From: an uncultured Acidobacteriota bacterium
Lineage (GTDB): Bacteria; Acidobacteriota; UBA6911
Direction: 5' to 3'
Assembly: GCA_963809485.1 (NCBI GenBank)
Contig: CAWEJX010000004.1
Location: forward strand, 256,001-320,000
Length of the DNA stretch: 64,000 nucleotides
The notes beneath the pieces are model-generated. The model was not told the DNA's origin. It made no database searches and saw nothing but the letters and a program-made list of their open reading frames with translations. Below are positions 20,437 to 32,339 of the stretch, piece after piece; the first letter of the stretch is position 1, and the number at the start of each line of letters is the position of its first letter. The position numbers and the translations under genes were made by a program.

Positions 20437-20937
20437 CTAATTTTTGCTTCGGGATTTCGGTCTGGGCTTTTTGCCCTTATTGGCTTGCTGATCTGCAACG
20501 GATGGCGGCGCGAAAGCGCCGTCGGACATTTGCGCCCCTTGCCCATACTCCTTGGTCGTTGATATCTCCAGAAATACGAAAGGCTTGCTAATTTTCTTCA
20601 CCTTCAAGGGACAATGCTTCAAGCCAGGCGGGATAGAGACAACCGTTGCGCTGGTAATGATATGTTCCTCCAATTCGTCCCCGAGGCAGATGCTGATTTC
20701 GGCCCCCAAATCGTTGATGTTTTCCGGATTCCCACCAATGAAGCAGAGCAATTCGTGGAAATCATGGGAATGAGCGAACGGCACTTCGTAGTTGGTGTTA
20801 ATGCAATGGTAGCCCAGCGTGGTGCCATTTTTATACTCATCGTGGTGGGCAAATAACGACAAACCCGTCATTCCCGGTTCCGTTTCCTTAAAAAAGGGCC
20901 CTCGAATCACATTCCTCCAGTATTTCTTCACCTCCAT
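20437..20937 (-). CDS. Cupin-like protein (HxH...E...HCP family)
   Basis: HSHDFHE, GAEISICLG-E-E-H-I and IPPGLKHCPL. Paralogs lie at 45436 and 56485. Confidence 0.75.
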   Translation of the reverse strand: MEVKKYWRNVIRGPFFKETEPGMTGLSLFAHHDEYKNGTTLGYHCINTNYEVPFAHSHDFHELLCFIGGNPENINDLGAEISICLGDELEEHIITSATVVSIPPGLKHCPLKVKKISKPFVFLEISTTKEYGQGAQMSDGAFAPPSVADQQANKGKKPRPKSRSKN

Positions 20938-21276
20938 ATGCGTTTCCTCCTCTTATGAACTATCGAGTTTCCCCTTCCATCATAAACTCCGGAGTTTGTT
21001 GAGATATTATCCCAGGTTGGGCAAATATTGTTCGGGGTTTTTGCGGACTCCGGCGGCAATAGGCAATCGGGGACGCCGCAACAAGCATGGTGGGCCTGTA
21101 ACAGCAGGCTGAGGGCGTCTGAAGTAAATTTTATAATGGAGGATCAATCCAAAGTCATCTCCGCCGCAAAAGATCCTGTCATTGCCATTTCCTGCGGAAG
21201 CGCGATCCGGATTGCTTCCATTGTGGTATTCTCGGGCAGGTTCAGCGGATTCTTACCACCATCCCGGGAGGAAAAA

Positions 21277-22530
21277 GTGAACACCACCAAAATACCTCTG
21301 GATGAATCCTTTGCACTGACACGACGTCACTTGCTTCAGATATGCAGCGCGGCTGCGGCTGCGTGGAATATTCCTTCTTTCGCCGCAGCGAAGGATGAAA
21401 TCAACCCTCTTTTGAGGCAGGCGATTGCCAAACTCGAGTACCTGACTCCACTGGATCGCGCCTTCATCCTGGACAAGGGGAAAACCGGCGTTCAACAGCT
21501 CCCTCCGGAAAAGCTTCGCGAGATCCGGCTGGTTCCGGAAACATGGTCCATGGACGTCGTGCCGGACCCGGCCAGCAACAGCATTGTAGAGCAACCCTTC
21601 TCCCAGGAGCTCGGCAACGCCTTCACCTGGGACCGCTTGATGCAATTGGCGGAAAAACATGCAGTCCGTTTCATGCACGTCACCAACTGCACCAATGGCG
21701 CGGATCCTTTTCACATGAGCCTGTGGGAAGGCGTTCCTTTGCGCGAAGTGATCGCGCTCGTCAGGCCCAAAGACAATGTCCGCCGGGTCTATTATCAAAG
21801 CTATCACAAAGAAAATGCGCCTCCCTTTCAAAGCTCGCTGGCGCTGGCCCAGATTCTCGAAACTCCGCCGGGAGATATGCCGGTGATTCTGGCGTACAAG
21901 ATGAACGGTCGGATTATCCCGGCCTCCCACGGAGGACCTGTTCGCGTGGTCGTTCCTGGCGCTTACGGCAGCAAGTCTATCAAATGGGTCCAGCGCATCA
22001 TTCTCACCAACGATTTCAAGGCAAATGATTCCGACGCTGATTTGAACAACGATCCCGAAAATGCTCTGAAGACTCGCGCCCGGTTTATCAACCCGCCGAA
22101 AGAAATTCAAACGGCCGCTCCAGCCGCTATCGCCGGAATGGCCCAAATCGGGATTTCGGGATTGTCCAGAATCCAATATTGTCTTCGTTCTCAAAAGGAG
22201 CCAAAACCGGCGGATGACCCTTACTGGACCAAAGCCGATTGGAAAGACGCCACCATCCTTCCGCCGCCGACGAACTGGGGCGGCGGATTGCCGGGAGGCA
22301 AACTCCCGACAACAAGTCAAACGGATCCGATAAAAGGCGCGCCATTGCAATGGCCTTTGCCCTACACGATTGTCCATTGGGCGGCTTTGCTCCCGGGCCT
22401 GACGGCCGGCGCCTATGATCTTTGCTGCCGCACCATCGACACCAACGGAATAGCTCAACCTCTGCCGCGCACTTTGCCACGAACGGGCTATAACGCTCTC
22501 CACGTGGTTGCTCTGGAGGTCAGATCTTAG
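21277..22530 (+). CDS. Tat-exported sulfite-oxidase-family molybdopterin oxidoreductase
   Basis: GGAGG RBS and GTG start, TRRHLL Tat motif, Mo-ligand Cys in TNCTN, WEGVPL, LAYKMNG, HGGPVRVVVPGAYGSKSIKW. Confidence 0.88.
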   Translation: MNTTKIPLDESFALTRRHLLQICSAAAAAWNIPSFAAAKDEINPLLRQAIAKLEYLTPLDRAFILDKGKTGVQQLPPEKLREIRLVPETWSMDVVPDPASNSIVEQPFSQELGNAFTWDRLMQLAEKHAVRFMHVTNCTNGADPFHMSLWEGVPLREVIALVRPKDNVRRVYYQSYHKENAPPFQSSLALAQILETPPGDMPVILAYKMNGRIIPASHGGPVRVVVPGAYGSKSIKWVQRIILTNDFKANDSDADLNNDPENALKTRARFINPPKEIQTAAPAAIAGMAQIGISGLSRIQYCLRSQKEPKPADDPYWTKADWKDATILPPPTNWGGGLPGGKLPTTSQTDPIKGAPLQWPLPYTIVHWAALLPGLTAGAYDLCCRTIDTNGIAQPLPRTLPRTGYNALHVVALEVRS

Positions 22531-22616
22531 GACTCTGAATCCTGAGGAAGGATATTGCAGACGATCGTTTGAATTGGGATTCGTCGAATCAGGAAAAACA
22601 TGCGGGAGGTAGAAAG

Positions 22617-23684
22617 ATGGATCCGAACATAGTCATAAAAGAATCCATGATTATCGCCGGAGTGGCCGGGAACGGGGACGAGACCGGCAAAGCCTGGGAA
22701 GCGTTTATGGAGATACAGAAGATGCATCCCCTGAAGAACCAGGCAGGCGAAGAAGGCTATGAAATCCGCCTCTATCCGACGGAAGGCAAGGGAAAAATCC
22801 ACGTGGGTGTCCGGGTGAGGGACGCAAGCATCCCGGCAGAGTACAGGGTCTTTGTCCTGCCCGCTGCAACCTATGCCGAATTTGAGATCTTTCCCTCCAA
22901 AGGCTACGAAAGCAGCAATGCCGAGATACACGAATGGCTGGCAAATAGCGCCGGCAAACATAAACAGGCCCTGCTGAACGGCATGAAATACGCCGTTGAG
23001 GTATATGACAAAAGATATAAAGGCGATAAAGATGCGTCATCGGTGGTAGGAATCCTGGTCCCCATAGAAAAAGCCGATCCGGCCGGCGTACCGGATTTGG
23101 TGGAAATGATGGCCGGCCCGGTCCGGGAAATCGGCGGTCAAATAAAGCAATTTGCCGGTGAAGCGATGAGCAAAAAGGTGATGCAAGGCAGTGAGGAGAT
23201 GTTGGCCGCGGCCGACCCGGTCAAGTGCTCGCTATGGGTCCGGGAAGCCATGGACCGTCTGGATAAGCTAACCGACCAAAAAACACGTGAACAGATAATG
23301 ACGGCCTGCGGCCGTAAGTGCCACTCAATGAACCCACAAATCACGGAAGAAATGAAAGCCAAGCGTCTTGAAGCGGCGTCTGAGGATGTATTTCTTGCGA
23401 CCGTTCTGGAGCCGAGACAAGGCACCGGCGCCCGCTACGAGAGGCACGGTGACACTTTGATTCAATACTACACCCCTCGCCAATACTCTAAGGGAGTGCG
23501 ATGCTATTGCAGTCTGATGCGCAGTCTGCCTGAGGGTGTAATCGCTTCATCCACATATTGTGAATGTGCTCGCGCCTTTGTCCAGGAGCAATGGGAGCGT
23601 GTCCTGGAGCGGCAGGTCAAAGTCGAACTGGGAGAAACGGCAATTACGGGATCTGACGAGTGCCGGTTTGTCATTCATCTATAG
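22617..23684 (+). CDS. GyrI-like small-molecule-binding domain fused to a Cys-rich (DUF6144-like) domain
   Basis: The N-terminal part has LPAATYAEF...VEVYD...ILVPI. The C-terminal part has MTACGRKC, RCYC, YCEC and ECRFVI. Confidence 0.7.
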   Translation: MDPNIVIKESMIIAGVAGNGDETGKAWEAFMEIQKMHPLKNQAGEEGYEIRLYPTEGKGKIHVGVRVRDASIPAEYRVFVLPAATYAEFEIFPSKGYESSNAEIHEWLANSAGKHKQALLNGMKYAVEVYDKRYKGDKDASSVVGILVPIEKADPAGVPDLVEMMAGPVREIGGQIKQFAGEAMSKKVMQGSEEMLAAADPVKCSLWVREAMDRLDKLTDQKTREQIMTACGRKCHSMNPQITEEMKAKRLEAASEDVFLATVLEPRQGTGARYERHGDTLIQYYTPRQYSKGVRCYCSLMRSLPEGVIASSTYCECARAFVQEQWERVLERQVKVELGETAITGSDECRFVIHL

Positions 23685-23810
23685 AATAGGCATTATTGCC
23701 AAGCCATTCGATACTATTCAATCGCATCCAACTTCGTTACAATAACTCCATCTTCTTATACCGATTCTCAGTGCATCGAACCGGCTGTCGGCGTGGCGGA
23801 GATCTTCCTC

Positions 23811-26489
23811 ATGATCGGCAAAACGCTCGGCCATTATCAAATCACGAATCCCCTCGGCAAGGGCGGCATGGGGGAGGTGTATCAGGCGCGCGACGATCGG
23901 ATCGGGCGGGATGTCGCTGTAAAAGTGCTACCGATGGAGTATGCGGCCGATAAGGACCGTCTCCGCCGCTTCGAGCAGGAAGCCCGGGCGGCCGGCCAGC
24001 TCAACCATCCCAACATCCTGACCGTCTACGACGTGGGTACGCAGGAGGGAGCTCCCTACATCGTCACGGAGTTGCTGCACGGGGAGAGTCTGCAGGAGAT
24101 TGTGCACCCGGGCGGCCTGGGCGTTCGCAAGTCTGTGGATATCGCGGTCCAGATCGCGAATGGCCTGGCTGCGGCCCACGAGAAGGGGATCATTCACCGC
24201 GATCTCAAGCCTGCCAACGTGTTCGTTACGAGGGACGGCTATGTCAAAATCCTGGACTTCGGAATCGCGAAACTGGCATCGCCGAGAAGCGTCCATGGAT
24301 CGGAAGAAACCACCCTGATGAACGCAACAACTGAGGCCGGCAAGCTGCTCGGCACCGTAGGATATGTCTCCCCGGAGCAGCTGCGCGGCCAGCCTGTGGA
24401 CCACCGGACAGACATTTTCTCCTTGGGGTGCGTGCTGTACGAAATGCTGGCAGGACAACGGGCATTCCAGGGACCGACGGCGGCAGACACCGTGACGGCG
24501 ATCCTCTCGAAAGACCCGGCGCCGCTTTCGGCTCCGGGATTGGAAATTCCGCCGGCGCTGCAGGCCATAGTGAGCCAGTGCCTGGAGAAATCCCCGGAAG
24601 ACCGCTTTTCCAGCGCCCACGACGTGGCGCTGGCGCTGCGGCTTTTCCCGGGGCAGACGGAAATGATCGGGCCGCAGCCGGGAGCGGGGAGGCCTCCGAT
24701 GAGCCTGCGGAGGCGGCTGGCTGTGGCGGGTTTGGCAGTGCTGCTCCTCGTCGCCGCCATTATCGCCGTTTGGAAGCTGCTCTCACGGCCTCCCACACAG
24801 CGTCAGGAAGCGGTACAGGGGCAATCGGTCAGGGTCGTCGTTCTTCCATTTGAAAACCTCGGTGCCGCCGAAGATGCATACTTTGCCGCAGGCATGACTG
24901 AGGAGATCACCAGCCGGCTCGCCAATGTACAGGGATTGGGTGTGATCTCGCGGACCTCTGCCATCGGATACGACGGGAGGGGGAAAACCGTTAAGCAGAT
25001 CGGCCGCGACCTCGGTGTCGATTTTGTGCTTGAGGGCAGCGTGCGTTGGGAGCGCGCTCCCGGCCGGGAAAGCCGCGTGCGCATCACCCCGCAGCTCATC
25101 CGAGCCGCCGACGACACCCACATCTGGTCCGATCGATACGAAAGGGTGCTCGCAGACGTGTTCGCCATCCAGTCTGAGGTGGCGGAAAACGCCGTCAAGG
25201 CGATGGGCGTCGCGCTCCTGCCCAATGAGCGGGCTGCACTGAAAGAGGTCTCAACGCAGGACCTGGAGGCCTACCAGCTCTACCTTCGCGGCCGCGAACT
25301 GGAAAGCCGCGGTGTGGTCAGAAAAGATATCGATGGTGCACTTCAGATGTACCAGGATGCGGTCCATCGCGATCCACAATTTGCGCAGGCCCTTGCGGGA
25401 ATGGCCAGGACCAACCTGGCGATGTACTGGGAGTACTTCGACCGGAGCCGGGAGCGGCTTGTCAAGGCCAGGGAAGCAGCGGAACTGGCCGTCCAACTCC
25501 GCCCGGACCTCGCGGAGGCCCAAACCGCTCTGGGGCTCTATTACTACTGGGGAAAATTGAACTATCCGAAGGCCCTGGATTCGTTCGCGGCGGCTTTGCG
25601 GTCTCAGCCCAACAACTCCGATGCACTTGCCGGAATCGGCTTTGTCCTGCGCCGCCAGGGACGATGGGTAGAAGCGATGGAGAAGTTCAGCACTGTGGCG
25701 GACCTGGATCCCAAAAACGCAGCCCGGATCTTTGACGTCGGTCTCACCAATGAACTCGCCGGCCGCTACGACGACGCGGATCGTGCCTTTATCCGGACGC
25801 TTTCCTTGAATCCGCTCTACGCTGGAGCGTATGCAGAACGAGCATGGCAACAGCTCGTGTGGCGTGGCGACACGGACAAGGCTCAGGCTGTTCTGGACGA
25901 GGCTGCCCGTGTTGCCGGCCTTACGGACGATGTTGGCTATATTGCGGAGATACAACTGCGGGTTTCATTGTGCCGCCGGGACTATTCCGGTGCGCTGCGT
26001 CGGCTTGAGGCTGAAACACGGCCCGCAATCGACAACCAGGACGGATTCTGGCCCATCCCCTTGCTCCGCGGAAATGTATATCGGTTGGCCGGTCAGCCCA
26101 GTCTCGCGCAAGACTCGTACGAGGCTGCGCGCCTGGAACTCGAGAAAAAAGTCCGGCAGACTCCTGACGATGACCGGTTCCGCAGCTCGCTCGGCATAGC
26201 CTGCGCAGGCCTCGGCCGGCGCGAAGAAGCCGTGCGCGAGGCGCGCCTTGCCTGCGACCTCATGCCGGCCTCGAAGGACGCCTTGCGGGCCATCTTTCGC
26301 CTTTGGGAACTGGCCGTCGTCTTGGCAATAGCGGACCGGCCGGCCGAAGCGATCGTCACATTGGACGAATTGCTTGCGCGAAGCGGTTGGTGGACGCCTC
26401 AGGTGCTCCGGCTGGATCCTACATGGGACCCGCTGCGGCCGGATCCGCGATTCCAGGCATTGCTCGTCAAGTACGAGGTTAAACAATAA
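23811..26489 (+). CDS. Membrane Ser/Thr protein kinase with TolB-like/TPR C-terminal region
   Basis: LGKGGMGEVY, VAVK, HRDLKPAN, DFG, GTVGYVSPEQ, a TM helix, VLPFENL and TPR repeats. Confidence 0.95.
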   Translation: MIGKTLGHYQITNPLGKGGMGEVYQARDDRIGRDVAVKVLPMEYAADKDRLRRFEQEARAAGQLNHPNILTVYDVGTQEGAPYIVTELLHGESLQEIVHPGGLGVRKSVDIAVQIANGLAAAHEKGIIHRDLKPANVFVTRDGYVKILDFGIAKLASPRSVHGSEETTLMNATTEAGKLLGTVGYVSPEQLRGQPVDHRTDIFSLGCVLYEMLAGQRAFQGPTAADTVTAILSKDPAPLSAPGLEIPPALQAIVSQCLEKSPEDRFSSAHDVALALRLFPGQTEMIGPQPGAGRPPMSLRRRLAVAGLAVLLLVAAIIAVWKLLSRPPTQRQEAVQGQSVRVVVLPFENLGAAEDAYFAAGMTEEITSRLANVQGLGVISRTSAIGYDGRGKTVKQIGRDLGVDFVLEGSVRWERAPGRESRVRITPQLIRAADDTHIWSDRYERVLADVFAIQSEVAENAVKAMGVALLPNERAALKEVSTQDLEAYQLYLRGRELESRGVVRKDIDGALQMYQDAVHRDPQFAQALAGMARTNLAMYWEYFDRSRERLVKAREAAELAVQLRPDLAEAQTALGLYYYWGKLNYPKALDSFAAALRSQPNNSDALAGIGFVLRRQGRWVEAMEKFSTVADLDPKNAARIFDVGLTNELAGRYDDADRAFIRTLSLNPLYAGAYAERAWQQLVWRGDTDKAQAVLDEAARVAGLTDDVGYIAEIQLRVSLCRRDYSGALRRLEAETRPAIDNQDGFWPIPLLRGNVYRLAGQPSLAQDSYEAARLELEKKVRQTPDDDRFRSSLGIACAGLGRREEAVREARLACDLMPASKDALRAIFRLWELAVVLAIADRPAEAIVTLDELLARSGWWTPQVLRLDPTWDPLRPDPRFQALLVKYEVKQ

Positions 26490-26775
26490 GAGGAATCGTA
26501 CCTCCATTGTTGAAAATTTCCATCGAAACAGCCTATGCGTAACGGCGCTTTCTTGGGTATTCGGCTAAGAGTGAACAGTGGGGATACGGCATCGTTTCCA
26601 CTTGACACCAAAATGGAGGAAGACTAAAGATCTAGGCAAAACCATCCCATTTGGCCCAAGGGAAAATGCTGTATGGCGATCCACCCTCCAGGCTGGGACA
26701 TGCTCCTTAGGAAGTTTGTGAATTTTCGCATTTTTGCACAAATATAGTATTGGTTTTTATACACGGGAGGGTCTT

Positions 26776-27702
26776 ATGTCAACGGCGAGGCTGCTTGTGC
26801 TTTTGGCAGGATTGGCATTAATAATGCCGGTCACTGCATCTTTCTCAATCCAGCAAACAAAAGGGGCAAATGCCCCAAAAACTCCTATGCTAAAAGAACA
26901 GGAGAAGGAGGAAATTCTGACCAACGACTCGGTCATCCAGCTGCTTAAAGTCGGCATTAACGAGGACGTGATCATATCCAAGATTCAAAAGACCAAACAC
27001 AGCTTCGACCTTTCAGTTAACGGCATGGTTGCGCTCAAACAAGCTGGGGTCAGCGACCGGCTAATGCATTTTATGATGGATCCGGCAAAGCCGCCCGAAA
27101 CAAAAGCAGGATCCTCGACGGATATTGCTGCAAATGCCCCTGCACCACCGGCAGCCCCCAAGGAATCGTTTAAGACAGTTGAGGCAATTGCGACTGCTCC
27201 GGCCGAGCCAAGCCTTCCTAAGGAAATGGGAGTGTATGCAAGGAAAGAGGGGGAATGGGCGGAAATTTCACCGGAAATAGTAAACTGGCAGACCGGCGGT
27301 TGGCTGAAAAGCGTCGCGAGCGCCGGCATCGTCAAGGGCGACGTGAACGGAAAGATCAATGGAGCTCACAGTCCCAATGCGGTCAGAGCTCCCCTGGAAT
27401 TTTTGATTGTTGCCGCCGAAGGTGTGGCGATCACTGAATTCCAACTGATTAAATTGAGGGGAAAGAGTGACTCCAGGGAGTTTCGCACCGTCACCGGCGG
27501 CGTTTTTCACGCTTCCGGAGGAGCTACCCGTGATTTGGTCCAATTCGAGGGAAGCAAGATAGCCAGTCGGACATTCTCCGTCAAACTGTCAAACCTGGGC
27601 GCCGGAGAATACGGTTTTCTTCCCCCGAGTGTCCAGGCCGGTTCGGGTGGCGGCAGCGCAGCAAATCTTGGAAAAATGTATTCGTTCAGGGTCGGGGAGT
27701 AG
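26776..27702 (+). CDS. Secreted hypothetical protein
   Basis: GGAGG RBS, signal peptide, LTNDSVIQLLKVG...FDLS helical module, a Pro/Ala linker and a beta-rich C-terminus. Confidence 0.7.
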   Translation: MSTARLLVLLAGLALIMPVTASFSIQQTKGANAPKTPMLKEQEKEEILTNDSVIQLLKVGINEDVIISKIQKTKHSFDLSVNGMVALKQAGVSDRLMHFMMDPAKPPETKAGSSTDIAANAPAPPAAPKESFKTVEAIATAPAEPSLPKEMGVYARKEGEWAEISPEIVNWQTGGWLKSVASAGIVKGDVNGKINGAHSPNAVRAPLEFLIVAAEGVAITEFQLIKLRGKSDSREFRTVTGGVFHASGGATRDLVQFEGSKIASRTFSVKLSNLGAGEYGFLPPSVQAGSGGGSAANLGKMYSFRVGE

Positions 27703-27928
27703 ATTCCCTGCCGGTGATTGAATCCCTTTCGCGGATATTGAGCTTCTGTCTGTAATCGGTGCAATCGGGGACCTTCACGATTATAATGGAGATTCGCTAT
27801 TTGATATCAGAGCACGGTTTCTGTGATCTGCACATTCTATAAAGTCATATGGAACGCACCCAAGCCTTAGCTTCAGGTGCATTGATGCAGGTGTCAACCC
27901 AAGCCACACTCGAGATCCCACAAAAATC

Positions 27929-29494
27929 ATGTTCTGCGCAGCGCGTGATATGATTCCAGATGAAGGCTTCCGTTCCAGGCTGCTTTCCGGCACAGCTTTG
28001 GTTTGTTATGTCCTTTTAGCCCGAGTGGCACTATACCTTATCGCCGCTGTCAACTATGGCTACTTCCGCGATGAGCTTTACTACCTGGCATGCGGGGAAC
28101 ACCCTGACTGGGGATACGTCGATCAACCGCCGCTGATCGGCTGGATGGCTTGGCTGCTGCATCACACGATCGGCACTTCCTTATACGCACTGCGGCTTAT
28201 TCCCCTTCTGGCGCACCTCGCCACCATTATTTTGACTGCTGCTGTGGCGCGCGACCTCGGAGGAAAGCGCTGGGCAATATTTCTCTCCTCCCTTTCCGTG
28301 CTGGTGGCGCCGGTAGTCCTGTGCATGACCCATCTCTTTACCATGAACGCGTTTGATTTCCTTCTATGGACGCTACTTGCCTGGATCCTTGTCCGGATGG
28401 TACGCAGCGGCAACGAACGTTTCTGGTTGTGGGCGGGAATGGTAATTGGCGTGAGCCTGCTGAACAAATACGCCATTGCATTTTTTGTTTCCGGCTTGTT
28501 TGCCGGAGTATTGGCGACTCCACTACGGCGGAGTTTGGCGCATCCCTGGTTCTGGGGTGGGACGGCGCTTGCCGCGATCATAGCCCTGCCCAATTTTCTG
28601 TGGCAATGGCGGCACGGATTCCCATTTCTGGAGCTGATATCCAACATCCGTCATCATGGCCGCGATGTCGTCAACAATCCAATTTCGTTCCTTGGACAGC
28701 AGGCTTTCATGATCGGTTTCATCCCGGCACTGCTGGCTGTACTCGGAGTCTGGTTCCTTTTCTCGGGCAGAGCCCGGAAGTACGCTGTGCTGGCCTGGGG
28801 ATTTCTGGGTATGCTCGGCTTGATGATCCTGCTGAAGGGAAAGATCTATTACGTGGCGCCGGTCTATCCCATGATGTTCGCCTGCGGCGCAGTAGGGCTG
28901 GAGCAGCTGACGGAGTCGAAAAACGCGCGATGGCTGCGGCCGGCCTATGCTCTGCTGACAATCGTGCTCGGCGGACTTGTGGCGCCGGTAATCTTTCCGA
29001 TCCTGCCTGTGGAGACTTTCATTGCCTATGCGCGGCGGATAGGAATCGAGCAACCCAGGATCGAGCACCAGCCCGAGGGCCGGTTGCCCCAAATATATGC
29101 CGATATGTTCGGGTGGGAGGAACGGGTACGGCTCGTCGCGGCCTACTATCATGCGCTGTCCCCCGAAGAGCGGGAGGTGACGGCGATCGGCGCTCCCAAT
29201 TACGGGCAGGCTGGTGCGATCGATTTCTTCGGGCCAAAGTACGGGCTGCCGAAGGCCATATGCTCGCATCAAAGCTATTGGTTCTGGGGACCGCGCCAAT
29301 ACACGGGAGAAAGCATTATCCTCCTGAATGAAGGCAATCCTCAGAGATACGAAAGCCTCTGCAGGTCACTCACGCTGGTCGCACAGCCGGATGATCCGTT
29401 CGCCCGTCCCGACGAGAATCGCCCGATTTACCATTGCCGCGGATTGAAGGAAAACCTGCAGCAACTCTGGCCCACCCTGAAACATTTCGACTGA
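27929..29494 (+). CDS. Glycosyltransferase family 39 (ArnT/PMT-like) membrane protein
   Basis: YGYFRDELYY, WGYVDQPP, LLNKY, PNFLWQ, GKIYY and NYGQAGA motifs with many TM helices. Confidence 0.88.
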   Translation: MFCAARDMIPDEGFRSRLLSGTALVCYVLLARVALYLIAAVNYGYFRDELYYLACGEHPDWGYVDQPPLIGWMAWLLHHTIGTSLYALRLIPLLAHLATIILTAAVARDLGGKRWAIFLSSLSVLVAPVVLCMTHLFTMNAFDFLLWTLLAWILVRMVRSGNERFWLWAGMVIGVSLLNKYAIAFFVSGLFAGVLATPLRRSLAHPWFWGGTALAAIIALPNFLWQWRHGFPFLELISNIRHHGRDVVNNPISFLGQQAFMIGFIPALLAVLGVWFLFSGRARKYAVLAWGFLGMLGLMILLKGKIYYVAPVYPMMFACGAVGLEQLTESKNARWLRPAYALLTIVLGGLVAPVIFPILPVETFIAYARRIGIEQPRIEHQPEGRLPQIYADMFGWEERVRLVAAYYHALSPEEREVTAIGAPNYGQAGAIDFFGPKYGLPKAICSHQSYWFWGPRQYTGESIILLNEGNPQRYESLCRSLTLVAQPDDPFARPDENRPIYHCRGLKENLQQLWPTLKHFD

Positions 29495-29522
29495 TAGTGC
29501 TGCAATCTGCGCCATTCCCTGT

Positions 29523-29590
29523 GAGTTCCCAGTTTCCAGTTCCCAGTTAAAACATCCCACTGGGAACTGGAAACTCTGAACTGGGAACTC
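29523..29590. repeat. Inverted repeat built from 7-mer units (GTTCCCA/TGGGAAC), probable bidirectional terminator
   Basis: GAGTTCCCAGTTTCCAGTTCCCAGT pairs with ACTGGGAACTGGAAACT(CTGAACT)GGGAACTC between convergent genes. Confidence 0.75.
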
Positions 29591-29594
29591 GTTT

Positions 29595-31972
29595 TTATGC
29601 CTTCCCGAGGGCTTTGAGAACTCTATCGGGCGTGGCCGGCGACTCGACCCATTTGCCGATGGCATTGTGGATGGCCATGATAACTAGATGGGTGTTCGCC
29701 AGGGAGTGGCTGATGCCGTTGGATCCGTAGCAGGCGTTGCCGGCGCGCGTTTCCAGAAGTTCCAGGTCCACCCGTGGCATGTCCAGCATGCCGACCTTTT
29801 TGTACTCAAACATATTCGTGCTGAGTTTCACTCCGGTCTTCTGGTCGTAGATAAATTCCTCCTGGAGCTGGCATCCGGCGCTGAAATCCATCACCTGGTC
29901 GATCTGACCTTCCAGCGATGTGCGGCGCATGATCTTGCCCGGATCGGCAACTACGCCGAAACGGAGGATTTCCACCTCGCCGGTTTCGGTGTCGACGGCG
30001 ACCTCGCATGTAGCCACGTTCATGGTGTCCAGCTTTTTGCCCCGCTGGCCCCAGAGGGCATCCGGGGGCTTGCCGGAGTATGTCGCGAACAGATTCGCCC
30101 GGACGGCCTGCTGCAAGCGGAACGCCTATGCCGGGATCAGCCTTCACAACGACTTTTCCGCCCTGCAGGTCCAGATCTTCAGGCTTCCGGCCTTTCAAGG
30201 GGCTAGGAGTCGGCCTTTTTTGCCGAGGCCGCCCATCGAATCCGCCGGCGAGCAGGAGGATTGTTGGCCTCCTCGACCGCTGCTTCCAGGATCAGCTTCT
30301 TCAGCTTATTCGCGCACTCTTTCAGAGCCCAGGAGGATGCAGTTGTCCCGTCGCTGCCGCCTCCCTAGGGCCTGTAGATTTCATGGTGGTCAAGACCTGT
30401 GACGATATCCTTGTACTCGAGGCCCAGTTCTTCGGCCACGACCATTGCGTTGGCTTCCATGATGTAGTTGCCGATCACGGGCCCTCTGGAATCAGGCGTA
30501 CACCTTGCCATTCCTGAGCTCAAGTTTCGGTGGAATACCGTGCCGGAATGACGCGGGCACTGATTGTACCGGAAACTCGCCCCGTGCAGCCTGCCGTCGG
30601 GAAGCTTTTTTCTCCCCTGCTTTGTGCCACTGCCAGTTCATCATCTTCTTCGCCGGCCGCGACGCACGCTTCATAGCTGGGCACGGGATTGGGATCGGTC
30701 TGGGATTCCGGCCCGTGGAGGTTCAGCGTCGCGATGTCAATCGGGTCCTTCCCCAGTTTGTCGGCGATCATGTATAGGGCTACCATCAGCGAATCCCAGC
30801 TCATCGGGTTGTGCTGGCCGCTGAGCCACATCTTTCCGCGGTTGCTGTCGACGACGTCCATGTTCTGCTTGACGTTCTGGCACCGGGTAGTGAAATAGGG
30901 GCCGAAGGTCTGGTCCATGGTGTTGCCGAAGTTGGTGCTTCCGCGGGCCCCGCCGTCTGCAATTGAAAAATCGTCGATCGCCGTGATCAGGCCGTTCGCC
31001 TTGAAGCCTACCTTCAGATGCACATAGCGCTGGTTCAGGTTGAAGTCGTACGTGTCGTAGCGGTCATTGACGCATCGGACCGGCCTGCCGGTCCTTTTGG
31101 CCAGCAGCGGCGTGATCAGCTGGGATTTGCGGGTGCCCCAGTCGCAGTACCTGCCGCCTACGAGCATGCACTCCTGAAAGACCTTTTCCGCAGGCATGCG
31201 ATACATGCCCGACCACCTGGTCATGTCCCCAGGGGTTGCCTTCAATCCTCAGGTTCTTTCCCTCCCCATGATAGGCGTCTGTCGAACCACCAGGCGACGC
31301 AGCCCACAGGGTTGGGGATATGACCGAAAAGGCGGCCGTGTTCACATCAAATTCGATGATATGGTCGGCTTCCCTGAAACCGGCCTCGATATCGCCATCG
31401 CTGACGTTGGAATAGGAAACATTTCCTTTTTTGGGAGGATTATTGCCTCCTCCCATGCCAAATCCTCCCCCACCGCCCCTTCGCCCGGGAACGTCGTCGC
31501 GAATGACCGGCGCATCGGGCTTTCTGCCTTCGATCAGGTCCACAACATGGGGCAGCACTTCCCATTTGACGTCGAGTTGCCGCAAGGCTTCTTCGCAGAT
31601 ATCTTCGCTTTCGGCCACGACGATAACGGCTACCTCGGTCCCTTCCTGGTCCGCGATGTTGTCAAGAAAAGGCTGGGCAGGTCCCATGAATCCGCCGCCG
31701 GCACTCAGGTTCTTGATGTCCTCATCCTCCCAGGTGAGGATATCGACGACTCCGGGTATTGCCCTGGCTTTCGTGGTATCCACGCTGACGACTTTTGCAT
31801 TCGCGTAGGGGCTCTTCAGAAATTTTGCGTGGAGCATATCGGGAACGGCATAATCGACGCCGTATTTTGCAATGCCCGTGGCTATGGCGTGGGACAGCCT
31901 GCCGGGGAGGTTGGGCTTGCCGACGACGCTGAAATTCTCCCTTTGTCCGTTAATTCCAACAAGATCAGCCAT
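29595..31972 (-). CDS. Xanthine dehydrogenase-family molybdopterin-binding subunit, multiply frameshifted
   Basis: Pieces 31064-32086, 30520-31245 and 29595-30116 are colinear with and very similar to the intact gene at 46398-48764. Confidence 0.85.
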
Positions 31973-32339
31973 AATATGCTCCTGGTCAGAGAATGCCGGA
32001 CTGCGACATCGAAACTTGGATGCAAGGGTGATCCAGGTTCCTGCAACCGGTTTGATTTCCAAAATGCCGCATCTGTACACCTGCATTGATAGCGGTAGTA
32101 CGGGATCAAAAACGAAGAGATCCTTTATGCTGATGCTTCCAAGCCAAGTTTAGCATTGTTTGCCCTTCGCCGGGAAAGCGTTTGACTGGATTTCAACAAC
32201 CAACAGATGACTTATACGGCCTCTTCTGGCCTTCTCTCTCGGCGACATGATCATGGTGGGGCTAGCCCATGTTTGCGGGTCGTGTCGCTAAATTGTTGAA
32301 AAGAAAAGACCGGGATTGGGGATGTGTCACTATGCGGCC